Below, piece after piece: positions 1-7,547 of a stretch of DNA of 20,000 nt. Under the pieces are notes generated by a model. It had not been told where the DNA came from. It searched no databases and saw only the letters and a list, made by a program, of their open reading frames with translations. The translations under genes were made by a program, and so were the position numbers. The DNA is from an uncultured virus (IMG/VR IMGVR_UViG_3300028745_000006) (Duplodnaviria; Heunggongvirae; Uroviricota; Caudoviricetes): IMG/VR virus record IMGVR_UViG_3300028745_000006. The stretch is one strand, 5' to 3'. Numbering within the stretch: position 1 is the first letter of the stretch; every line of letters begins with the position of its first letter.

Positions 1-193
1 ATCGGCTTTGCCGAGCCGTGCAGTCGAGCAAGGTCGGCTCGACACCGGGAGGAAACCACATGACCGTGCAAAAGAACGGAGCCTGATCCTCCGCGCAGAT
101 GGGGATGTCCTGTCCGTTTCTGCTGCAAGCCAGCGGCACAGCCGAGAGCAAAGAAACGGATACGGCCGCCGCAAGGAACGTCACTTTTCTCAT
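1..193 (-). CDS. Putative lipoprotein, N-terminal part (runs off window start)
   Basis: Hand translation from ATG at 193: MRKVTFLAAAVSVSLLSAVPLAC-SRNGQDIPICAEDQAPFFC... Basic N-terminus, hydrophobic stretch and lipobox-like LAC. AGGA upstream. Not in the ORF track because it is truncated. Confidence 0.7.
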   Translation of the reverse strand, partial: MRKVTFLAAAVSVSLLSAVPLACSRNGQDIPICAEDQAPFFCTVMWFPPGVEPTLLDCTARQSR

Positions 194-202
194 GCTCGCG
201 TC

Positions 203-493
203 CTACCAGAGATTTTCTGAGAAAAGAAGACCCGCTACGATCCTGCTACCTTCTCTGATCTGGTTGTGGAGACGAGCGCTCAAGATCGCTTGCTGTCGGT
301 TCAGGAAGCGCCCCGTCTCGTCAAGAAACCCTTGCTCGTCGTTGTCGACCGAATCCACGCCCGTGAGGCGCACGATCTCGCGAATGACGTCGTGGTGTCT
401 GTTCGGCGGCGGAAGCGAATACACCTTGCCTTGAAACCGGATTGCGACGTGCGTGATCTTCGTCCGAGCCATGGATCGGGTGGCACGGCTCAC
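203..493 (-). CDS. Phage-type conserved hypothetical protein (start could be 472)
   Basis: RHHD...QGFLDETGRFLNRQQA...LFSENLW pattern resembles a small phage protein family (recalled, not searched). GTGA overlap with the upstream gene. Confidence 0.75.
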   Translation of the reverse strand: MSRATRSMARTKITHVAIRFQGKVYSLPPPNRHHDVIREIVRLTGVDSVDNDEQGFLDETGRFLNRQQAILSARLHNQIREGSRIVAGLLFSENLW

Positions 494-738
494 GAGGGGT
501 TGGCCGGCTCAAAGAGCGTCCAGAAATACGCCTCGGGCCCGCAAACGCGGTAGCCTCCACCCACCTCCACCGCTACGTCACCAACGAACATGCAGAGACG
601 CGCACACGGCAGGTCCAGCGTCGCCACCTCGACGATCTCGCAGAGGGCATCGGTCGCGAGCTCACGCACGATCATGCCTTCCGCCGCTCCAGCGACCCTT
701 GGGCCGATGTCCACCAGAGGAAGCTGAGCGTAGCTCAC
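490..738 (-). CDS. Hypothetical protein
   Basis: 82 aa, GTGA overlaps at both ends, plausible composition. Confidence 0.6.
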   Translation of the reverse strand: MSYAQLPLVDIGPRVAGAAEGMIVRELATDALCEIVEVATLDLPCARLCMFVGDVAVEVGGGYRVCGPEAYFWTLFEPANPS

Positions 739-1097
739 GACCGGCTCCGCGTGGCGACAGGAGCCGACGCCATCGGCTTGACGAGCCCCTCCAGTGGATC
801 GCCAAGGCCCGCGTCGACCGCTTTCCGGCGGTACTCTTCAGACGCCATGAGATAGGGAGCCGACGCGCGCGCCGCCGCTTCGTTGTTCGGTCTGAACGCG
901 ACCTCTCCGATCGCGCGCTGCTGGACGGCGAGGTAGCGGAGGCTCGGGTTCTTGTCGTTCTCCTGGCCTGGTCTGTACTCGTGCCAGATGGCGTTCTGCA
1001 TGGGCTTGCGCACCTTGGCCCAGTGAGATCGGCACATGAACATCGACGGAGGCACGCCGGCGTTGCATCCATGCGCATGGCAAGTGTGGTAACCCAT
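735..1097 (-). CDS. Small phage-type Cys/His (putative zinc-binding) protein
   Basis: N-terminal HTCHAHGC...MFMCRSHW motif. AGAGGA RBS upstream. Confidence 0.75.
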   Translation of the reverse strand: MGYHTCHAHGCNAGVPPSMFMCRSHWAKVRKPMQNAIWHEYRPGQENDKNPSLRYLAVQQRAIGEVAFRPNNEAAARASAPYLMASEEYRRKAVDAGLGDPLEGLVKPMASAPVATRSRS

Positions 1098-1103
1098 CGT
1101 CAG

Positions 1104-1344
1104 TCATCCTCTAGGCATTTTGCCATCATCCGACCATCCTGCGCTCTTGCGCGCGCCTGCGCCGTCTACCGCGCCGCGCGCCAACTCCCGCCCGGACGGA
1201 GACGCCCTTCGTCACCACGACAATAGGCCGTTCGTCCCGCCACGCCCGCTTGAACGCGGCGCGGAACGATGCATCTCGCAGCTCGTCGCCGAGCCATGCG
1301 CCGGCGGCAGCCTGCCTACGTGCGGTCTTGCTCACTTCGGTCAT
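1104..1344 (-). pseudogene. Small protein, possibly a frameshifted XRE-HTH/antitoxin-like remnant
   Basis: ATG at 1344, 6 nt after TATAAG. As written it ends at 1126 with an Arg-rich tail. Removing one copy of a CGGG duplication (1187-1194) gives ...KGVSVRELARGAVD..., ending at 1104 just before the next gene. Confidence 0.45.
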
Positions 1345-1406
1345 TCTGCACTTATAGCCCATCCGGCACAGGCCGGTCTTCACCGTGTCGCTTTCGCTCG
1401 TCTCCT

Positions 1407-1477
1407 GCGAACATCGTGAGCTGAAGGGTCCAGGGCCCTTTGGCCCTGGCGGGGGTGCAGGGGGCGGAGCCCCCTGC
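1407..1477 (+). repeat. REP-like double-hairpin element, copy 1
   Basis: GCGAACATCGTGAGC...CCAGGGCC-cttt-GGCCCTGG...GCAGGGGGC-gga-GCCCCCTGC. Homologous to 12800-12868 and to the reverse complement of 18681-18749. Confidence 0.85.
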
Positions 1478-1486
1478 GGGTCTCGC

Positions 1487-4400
1487 TCACTCTCTACCGA
1501 GAAAGTCCCCGATGTCGTTGATGTTCTGCATTGGCTCGCCCATGCCCAGCGCGTCGACGACCCGCGCGCCGTACTTGGACTCATCGGTGAGGCGCCGGTC
1601 GAGAATGACGACGACGCCGCGATCGTCTTTGGCCCGAACGAGCCGGCCTACGCCCTGGCGGAGGGCGATGATGGCCTTGGGGAGCATATAGTCGTAGAAG
1701 ATGTTGATCTTCCGTGCGCGAGGGTCGCGCTTTGGGTTGAGGAGCTCGCGGGCAGCGGCCTCTTCAAGCCAGCTCACGATCGGGTCGTCCTTGGGAGGGA
1801 AGGGAAGCCGGTCGATGACGACGCAGCTCAGGCTCCGGCCTGGCACGTCGACGCCGGCCCAGAAGCTCTTGGTGCCCAAAAGGACGCTGGATTCGTCCTC
1901 TTTGAAGCGGCGGATCAGGTGCTGGCGCGGGGCTTCGCCCTGAACGAGGATCGTGTAGGTCGAGCCCAACTTTTCCCGAACGAGCTCGGCGACGATGTCG
2001 AGGCGCTTTTTTGACGCGAAGAGGCCGAGGGTGCGGCCGCGAGATTGCTCGATCGACTGGACGACGAGCTTGCCGATCCCGTTCTCGAAAGCGCGCAGAT
2101 CCTTCGGGTCAGGGGAGTTCCACGGGATCACGAGCCTGGACTGCTTCTTCAGGTCGAAGGGGCTTGAGACGATGAGCCGAGAGGCTCTCCAGGCGCCGAC
2201 CGAGCGAACGAAGAAATCGAGTCGCCCGCCGCCGCCGTTGGGGACGACCGTCGACAGCGTTGCGCTGGTCGCGATGACGCTGGCGAAGTTCTCCGAGTCG
2301 AAGAGCAGCCGTTGCAGGTGCGGGCCCACTTCGATCGGGAGCGAGCCCAGGGTGACGGATTTGGTGTCTCCCGCGTGCTCGACGAAGTAGACGCTTTTTG
2401 TGGACTCGGTCAGGTTGATCACCCGCTCGATGTCGTCCGCGAGCTTTCTGGCGCGCCCTGCGGCGTTGACCAGCATGTCGAGCTCGGGCCCCGAGCCACC
2501 TTCGCGTCCTTCTTCCTCGCGCTTCTCGTCGTCCTTGGTGCGAAACTCGTCGGCCGCCCCGTCGTACAGATTCGCCGTACGCCGCAAGAGACCCGTGAGG
2601 TTCGACGGGTCGACCATCTTGGGCCCCTTGATCCGGAGTCTGTTCTCGGATGCGCGCACGACCGCGTCGATGGCGTTCGGCTCGGCGAACGCCGGCCTGT
2701 CGTCCCAGCGCACATCGACGACGCCGTCGCTGTCGACGACAACGTTTTGACTTTGTGGCGAATCTTCCTTCTTCGGCTCCTGAAAGAAGACTTCCTCGAC
2801 CTGCATGAAGAAATCCGACCCTGCCTGGTTGAGGCCCATCTGGAGATCCTCGTCGATCACGCCGAGGCGTGTCTTGGCGCGCCGGGCGCCCGAAGGCGCG
2901 AGGAGGCGACCCGCATAGCGGACCGCGCCCTGGGTGAGGCGCAGGCCCAAGAACTCGCGGGCGATGTCGGCCGCCTCGTGGCAGTTGTGGACCACGACGT
3001 TCTCCACCAGGTAGGTGTGCGTTGACTCGATCTCCAGGTTGTAGACGACACCCCCTGGACACGCGCCACCAAAGGTGCCGTCGGGCGTCGGCTCGATGAC
3101 CTCCACGTCGAGCACCGATGAGAACCATCGCTTTTCGGCGCCTGGGCTGACATCGCCACGGTCTCGGATCACGCGATCGGCCATCTTCTTGGCCTGGTGG
3201 TAGCCCTTGAAGTGGCGGGGGGAACGAAGCGCGAATGCAGGGACCCAGCCGCGCTCAGTGAGAAAGGGATGCCACGGCGTGCACACCAACACGACGTCAT
3301 GATCGCCGTCTCCGTCGCCCTCGACACGTACTCGAACCAGGCTGCTAGGCCGACTCGATAGCACCTGGCAGACAGTGGCAAGAACAAAGCTCCGCGTCGT
3401 CTCGTTGTACGACCGCACCTTGTCGCCTACGCAAACGCGCTCGATCGGAACGCGGCCGACCATCGTCCCGGCGACGAAGCACTCGTCGAGGATCGCGATG
3501 TCGAACGGGGGCAGCACATTCCCAAGGGTCAAGTGCGCGAAGAGTAGGTGGTAGTTGGTCACCATGATGTTCGCGTCGTGCCACGCCGTCTTGGCCTTCT
3601 CGGAGTAGCAGGAGCCGTGGTTCGGGCAGCTCTTTCCCAAGCAGTCGTCCGCCGAGACGCTCACCCTTGGCTTCAGGGCGCGGCCGAGCTCAAAGGGCAG
3701 CTCCGAAAGGTCGCCCGTCCTGGTCTCCCTCGACCAGCGCCGGATCTCGGTCCAGAGCCGAGTCAGCTCTGCGTCGCGAAACGGCTGGCGCTCGAGCTCC
3801 GCGTTCGTCCCCTCGATTCGGTCAAGGCAGGCGTACTGCTGTCGGCCCTTCGCGATCGCTGCCGTGAACTCCCATGGCAACACCGTCTGGAGCCGCGGGA
3901 CGTCGCTCGAGATCAACTGCGACTGTAGTGCGATGTTCGCGGTCACAATCAGCGCCCTGGGTGGTCCATCGTTTTCCGCAGAGGGCGACCGCGCTGCCAT
4001 GAGCTCATCGGCCCGCTGCGTCACGTGGTAGATCGCCGGCACCATGTAGGCGACCGACTTGCCCGTGTTGTGCGTCACCGTGAGATCGTCGAGGAGGTAG
4101 CGACCATCCCCATCGAGCGAGAAGCCGTAGTAGCGTCCAGTCTCTCCGTGTCGCTCGACGCGAAACGAGAAAAAGTGCCGCTGCATGAAGTCCCATCCCG
4201 CGGATGGGTGGTTGTACTGGAACAGCACAAATTGCCGCTTGAGCGCTTCGGGCCACTCGAGCCACGCTCGCACAGTGACATCGACGACGCTGTCACCGCA
4301 GCCGTACGACTGAACCCGCTGAAGCGTCTTCAAAGTATCGACGTACCAGGCCGTCGCGGCATCCCCATTGGCGGTGATGTCCTCCTGCTGGCGCGACGTG

Positions 4401-4792
4401 CGCGCGCGCAGGAGCGTCAGCACATGGTCCAGGTTCACCCGCCACGGGCGAAGCCGCGCCAGGTCCGGCACGATGTCCACCAGCTCGGCCTCGCCTCGCA
4501 CGAGCTCGACGACCCGACGAGGCTCGCGGCTGGGTCCTGCAAGCAGGTCGCCGACGACGATGTCCTCGACTCGCTTCGTGTTCTCAAAGAACCTGAGCGA
4601 CCCGTCGAACATCAGGATCCCTTGCCCCGCCGCATGGCACCCCGTCGGCGCCTCGATCATCGCCGGCCGGCGATCCAAGATCGCCTGATCCACCGCGCGC
4701 GCCATCTCGACCTGCCCCTCGCGCGGCACGTACCCCGCGTAAGCCTGGCCAAGGTAGCCGTCAGGGCCAAAAACATCGTCGATGTAGGTCAC
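1487..4792 (-). CDS. dinG: DinG/YoaA-family (SF2, XPD-like) ATP-dependent Fe-S DNA helicase containing two inteins; 1101 aa precursor, ~744 aa spliced
   Basis: Q motif REGQ; spliced Walker A APTG/TGKS; Fe-S Cys cluster (YACL...CLGKSCPNHGSC); spliced Walker B ILDE/CH; motif III TSAT; FWAGVDVPG; RLPF; motif VI QGVGRLVR. GTG start at 4792 after AGAAGGA. Confidence 0.93.
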   Translation of the reverse strand: MTYIDDVFGPDGYLGQAYAGYVPREGQVEMARAVDQAILDRRPAMIEAPTGCHAAGQGILMFDGSLRFFENTKRVEDIVVGDLLAGPSREPRRVVELVRGEAELVDIVPDLARLRPWRVNLDHVLTLLRARTSRQQEDITANGDAATAWYVDTLKTLQRVQSYGCGDSVVDVTVRAWLEWPEALKRQFVLFQYNHPSAGWDFMQRHFFSFRVERHGETGRYYGFSLDGDGRYLLDDLTVTHNTGKSVAYMVPAIYHVTQRADELMAARSPSAENDGPPRALIVTANIALQSQLISSDVPRLQTVLPWEFTAAIAKGRQQYACLDRIEGTNAELERQPFRDAELTRLWTEIRRWSRETRTGDLSELPFELGRALKPRVSVSADDCLGKSCPNHGSCYSEKAKTAWHDANIMVTNYHLLFAHLTLGNVLPPFDIAILDECFVAGTMVGRVPIERVCVGDKVRSYNETTRSFVLATVCQVLSSRPSSLVRVRVEGDGDGDHDVVLVCTPWHPFLTERGWVPAFALRSPRHFKGYHQAKKMADRVIRDRGDVSPGAEKRWFSSVLDVEVIEPTPDGTFGGACPGGVVYNLEIESTHTYLVENVVVHNCHEAADIAREFLGLRLTQGAVRYAGRLLAPSGARRAKTRLGVIDEDLQMGLNQAGSDFFMQVEEVFFQEPKKEDSPQSQNVVVDSDGVVDVRWDDRPAFAEPNAIDAVVRASENRLRIKGPKMVDPSNLTGLLRRTANLYDGAADEFRTKDDEKREEEGREGGSGPELDMLVNAAGRARKLADDIERVINLTESTKSVYFVEHAGDTKSVTLGSLPIEVGPHLQRLLFDSENFASVIATSATLSTVVPNGGGGRLDFFVRSVGAWRASRLIVSSPFDLKKQSRLVIPWNSPDPKDLRAFENGIGKLVVQSIEQSRGRTLGLFASKKRLDIVAELVREKLGSTYTILVQGEAPRQHLIRRFKEDESSVLLGTKSFWAGVDVPGRSLSCVVIDRLPFPPKDDPIVSWLEEAAARELLNPKRDPRARKINIFYDYMLPKAIIALRQGVGRLVRAKDDRGVVVILDRRLTDESKYGARVVDALGMGEPMQNINDIGDFLGRE
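2984..3481 (-). mobile_element. Mini-intein 2 (166 aa) inserted in the helicase DExH (Walker B) motif
   Basis: Starts CFVAGTMV, block B CTPWHPF, ends VYNLEIESTHTYLVENVVVHN followed by Cys(+1). Splicing restores ILDECHE. Confidence 0.93.
4067..4639 (-). mobile_element. Mini-intein 1 (191 aa) inserted in the helicase Walker A motif
   Basis: Starts CHAAGQGILMFDGS, block B VNLDHVLTL, ends YYGFSLDGDGRYLLDDLTVTHN followed by Thr(+1) of TGKS. No LAGLIDADG motif visible. Confidence 0.93.
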
Positions 4793-4843
4793 GTAGATCC
4801 TTCTGTGGAAAGATGCTTGGGGGCTGCCAGCACCCAACTGGGG

Positions 4844-5221
4844 CTAACTTCGTAGCGTGTTGAGATAGCCGAAGAAATGGCGCCAAAGATCCGGCGCCAA
4901 AGCCTGGTGCCTACGAAACTCGTCCATCGCAACATCATCTTCGAGGATCTTGATAAGAAAATCCTTCGGAAGAGTTTCCGGGTGTGTGCGGATTACGTGA
5001 CCACGCATCAAGGTAAGAGCAACGCTATGATGGAAGTGACAATGCCCGTAGCACTTTCCGCATACTTTGCAGCGGATGGCCCCGCAGCTAGGCTCGGCGC
5101 AACTATTTCCTTCGCAGGGAGGATGCGCCGATGATGCTGCGACAGAAGCGCATGATGTTCCGCAGCAGCGCTTGAATTTCTTGCCAGATCCACACCGGCA
5201 AAGCCCATTGCGTCCGTTCAT
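4844..5221 (-). CDS. SEC-C motif zinc-binding protein
   Basis: N-terminal GRNGLCRCGSGKKFKRCCG matches the SEC-C motif. Further Cys/His cluster CKVCGKCYGHCHFH. Visibly more AT-rich than its neighbours. Confidence 0.8.
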   Translation of the reverse strand: MNGRNGLCRCGSGKKFKRCCGTSCASVAASSAHPPCEGNSCAEPSCGAIRCKVCGKCYGHCHFHHSVALTLMRGHVIRTHPETLPKDFLIKILEDDVAMDEFRRHQALAPDLWRHFFGYLNTLRS

Positions 5222-5227
5222 CTGTGT

Positions 5228-5257
5228 TTCGTATCAGTACCGAGCATCAAGCGTCAA
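5228..5257 (-). promoter_or_regulatory. Putative sigma70-like promoter (leaderless) for the SEC-C gene
   Basis: TTGACG-N18-TACGAA-N6-ATG; the -10 box is imperfect. Confidence 0.45.
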
Positions 5258-5284
5258 GCTACACGAGAGTGCGTTGCTACCTCG

Positions 5285-5578
5285 CTATCTCGCGCGAATG
5301 ATTCTGGCTCCGCTCCTGTACGCCTTCTTCATGCTCTGGGCGATCGTTCTCCACGACTCGTTGGTCGCGGCTTTTTCGCTCGCGTCTTCGATGATGACAA
5401 GGTCGTCAAGAGCCTTCGCGCACCCCTCTCGCTCGACCAGCGCGGCAGATTTTGCCATCTCCTCGAAGAACGCACCAAGGATCGGAACGAGGAGCTCCCG
5501 GATCATTTCCTTCTGGTCCGGGTTTGCTTCACAGAGCTTGGACACCAACTCGGGCGGCAACTTTTGGCTATTCGGCAT
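5285..5578 (-). CDS. Hypothetical protein
   Basis: 97 aa, helical, with ERExCAK typical of small phage proteins. AAAGGA upstream. Confidence 0.7.
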   Translation of the reverse strand: MPNSQKLPPELVSKLCEANPDQKEMIRELLVPILGAFFEEMAKSAALVEREGCAKALDDLVIIEDASEKAATNESWRTIAQSMKKAYRSGARIIRAR

Positions 5579-5602
5579 TGCCGCTTTTCCTTTCGCGCAC
5601 GC

Positions 5603-6376
5603 TCAACACATGCAGTTGTACTCGGTCTTGCCACAGATCGTGAGTGGCTTCACCGTCTTGCCGCAGGAGTGGCACATCTCTCCGACGTCAGAAGCCAACC
5701 ATGCCCGCACGCCGCCCTTCGTGGCAGATTGAGCTGCCGCCGTGACCGTTGACGGCGCGGCTTTTGCGCCCGAAACACCACGGGTCGTGAAAGGAAGGAA
5801 CTCGACGATCGAAACGCGCTGGAAGCCTTGCCTCGGCGCAAGACTGCACTGTTGCAGGCGGAGAATGTCGGCCTTGGTCTTGACGGGACCGAGCGGCGGC
5901 GCACATGAAATGTGCACCGTGTCACAGGCATAGAGCGCTGGATCCAGCATGCCAGGGTCGTCAGGCATGGCAAGTCGAGCGCGGAACGCCTGCACGAGGA
6001 GGTCGACGTCCTTGGCGCCACCGTGGTTGCGCGAGCCGTCAACGAGGAACAGGCCGTCTCCGTAGTATGCCACGCTCAGCCAGAAACCAGCCCCTGACGC
6101 GTGGTAACCGCTGAACGCCCAGCGGTAGCCGCGAACCGCACGAATATGAGCCGACAGCTCCTGTGCGAGCGTGTAATGCGTCATCCCCGACGGGAGGATG
6201 CTCCTGAGCGCGCCGACGTAGAAAAGCAGGCAGTCCTGGCACTTGGCATGAAAGACAGCGACGGGCGCGCGAACGGGATCGATGCAGAGAGAAACCGGAG
6301 TCTCGTGGCTATAACAGCCCGAGAAGCACGCGTGCTCTTCGATGGCCAGGAGGAGCGATGCAGGGAGAGCCATCAC
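5603..6376 (-). CDS. Hypothetical protein with Cys clusters (CFSGC, CQDC, C-terminal CHSC...C...CMC)
   Basis: 257 aa, overlaps the stop of the upstream gene, GGGAGG RBS. Confidence 0.75.
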   Translation of the reverse strand: MMALPASLLLAIEEHACFSGCYSHETPVSLCIDPVRAPVAVFHAKCQDCLLFYVGALRSILPSGMTHYTLAQELSAHIRAVRGYRWAFSGYHASGAGFWLSVAYYGDGLFLVDGSRNHGGAKDVDLLVQAFRARLAMPDDPGMLDPALYACDTVHISCAPPLGPVKTKADILRLQQCSLAPRQGFQRVSIVEFLPFTTRGVSGAKAAPSTVTAAAQSATKGGVRAWLASDVGEMCHSCGKTVKPLTICGKTEYNCMC

Positions 6377-6729
6377 CAGCCTCCCAGGAGGTGGAGCGCC
6401 GCCACCACCTCGAGCGCGTCGCTCACGGCGAAGAGCGACATGCCACGAACCTGCCAGGTGCAGCCGGGGTGGGCTCCACGCACGAGATCGGTCAAGATCT
6501 TTGGGACGTTCGCCACATCATGGCCCGTCTTGAAGATCTCCCACGCGACGTTGCTCCGCGTGACGATGGTGCCAAGACCGATGCCGCGCGCCGGATCGTA
6601 GTTCGGGGGGAAGTACGACGGGTCCTCGGCCCTCGTGATCAGGGCGCGCCGCTGAATGTGAGCGACGGCGGACCCGATCCTCACGGTCGGCGGACACGTG
6701 GCAAGCCCAGGCACATCTTTGACAATCAT
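6373..6729 (-). CDS. Hypothetical protein (118 aa, MIVKDVPG...)
   Basis: ATG at 6729 preceded by AGGAG. The longer ORF-track extension looks non-coding in this frame. Confidence 0.7.
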   Translation of the reverse strand: MIVKDVPGLATCPPTVRIGSAVAHIQRRALITRAEDPSYFPPNYDPARGIGLGTIVTRSNVAWEIFKTGHDVANVPKILTDLVRGAHPGCTWQVRGMSLFAVSDALEVVAALHLLGGW

Positions 6730-6733
6730 GGTC

Positions 6734-6792
6734 TGCAAGCTCCTGCGCCAGGATGGCGCGATGATGCAAGCTCCTGCGCCAGGATGGCGCGA
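6734..6792. repeat. 28-bp perfect direct repeat x2 (period 31)
   Basis: TGCAAGCTCCTGCGCCAGGATGGCGCGA at 6734-6761 and 6765-6792. Each unit has a GCGCCA-gga-TGGCGC hairpin and, on the minus strand, AGGAG. Confidence 0.9.
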
Positions 6793-6799
6793 GATCTCA

Positions 6800-7058
6800 T
6801 TAGAAGAAGGCGTTGGCCGCATCCGAGACACCGAAGTAGCTATGGCGCTCGAGGTCGTAGTTGGACATGCGGCGGTGCGCGTCTTCGCGGCTGTCGTACA
6901 CGGCATCGTGCGACGAGTAGACGCCGGCGACATGGGGCGGGTAAGCTTACCTCGAGCTCGTTGCTGGGCGCCTGGCGGTAGCTCAGCGCCTCGGCGAAAA
7001 CGCGATCCAAAGCAATCTTTTGCTCAGGCTTGAGGGGTGATCTGCTGAACGTCAACAT
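6800..7058 (-). pseudogene. Small gene (~85 aa) split by a +1 frameshift near 6944
   Basis: MLTFSRSPLK...NELEVS, then after skipping 1 nt YPPHVAGVYSSHDAVYDSREDAHRRMSNYDLERHSYFGVSDAANAFF*. The shifted frame has strongly G/C-ending codons. Confidence 0.65.
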
Positions 7059-7065
7059 CCGACGC

Positions 7066-7094
7066 AACGTAGGGCTGCGCCGCACAAGCGTCAA
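7066..7094 (-). promoter_or_regulatory. Sigma70-like promoter, leaderless
   Basis: TTGACG-N17-TACGTT-N7-ATG(7058), no SD. Confidence 0.7.
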
Positions 7095-7111
7095 GCGCGA
7101 AGCTCGTGGCG

Positions 7112-7399
7112 TCAGCGTAGCTCGACGGCTGCCTCCTCGGCTGCGTGCTCGAAGGCTTCCGCGGCGCGGGCGATCCAGGTCACCGGGAGCGCATTCTTGA
7201 GCGCACTCGAGAACGTCGCGCACCCGGCAAGGCGCAGCACCGACCGCAGAAGGCACGCCATCAGCGCCAAGTTTTCTCGATGTGTCCACTGGGCCTCCGC
7301 GTCGACCCTCACCTGCGTACCGGAGACGGTTCTCGCTTCGCCTGCCGCGAGCCCTGCGTCGTCCTGCGCGGTTTCTTTCGCTGTCCTGTTCATCGTCAT
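7112..7399 (-). CDS. Hypothetical protein
   Basis: 95 aa, strong GGGGAGG RBS, promoter upstream. Confidence 0.7.
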   Translation of the reverse strand: MTMNRTAKETAQDDAGLAAGEARTVSGTQVRVDAEAQWTHRENLALMACLLRSVLRLAGCATFSSALKNALPVTWIARAAEAFEHAAEEAAVELR

Positions 7400-7418
7400 G
7401 CCTCCCCTTGAAAGCGCG

Positions 7419-7446
7419 AGAATACGACCGATCGCGAGTCAGTCAA
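7419..7446 (-). promoter_or_regulatory. Sigma70-like promoter
   Basis: TTGACT-N16-TATTCT. Palindrome AAGCGT-C-ACGCTT (7445-7457) abuts the -35 box. Confidence 0.6.
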
Positions 7447-7511
7447 GCGTCACGCTTCACGCTTTGTGTTGTAAAAACTGACACATGGGCACGATCCATG
7501 ACCCTTGCCCC

Positions 7512-7540
7512 TTGCCTGCGCCTGGCGATCCTATCAGGAT
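7512..7540 (+). promoter_or_regulatory. Putative divergent promoter, leaderless
   Basis: TTGCCT-N17-CAGGAT-N7-ATG(7548). Confidence 0.45.
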
Positions 7541-7547
7541 TCCGAGA

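Noticed and set aside
2984..4639. Homing endonucleases within the inteins
   Set aside because: The inteins are only 166 and 191 aa, with no LAGLIDADG or HNH motifs.
1487..4792. Type IV-A CRISPR-associated CasDinG
   Set aside because: No csf/cas genes or array in the window. The protein keeps the four-Cys Fe-S cluster and looks like ordinary DinG/YoaA.
6734..6792. CRISPR array (28-bp repeat with internal palindrome)
   Set aside because: Only two units separated by 3 nt; no spacers or cas genes.
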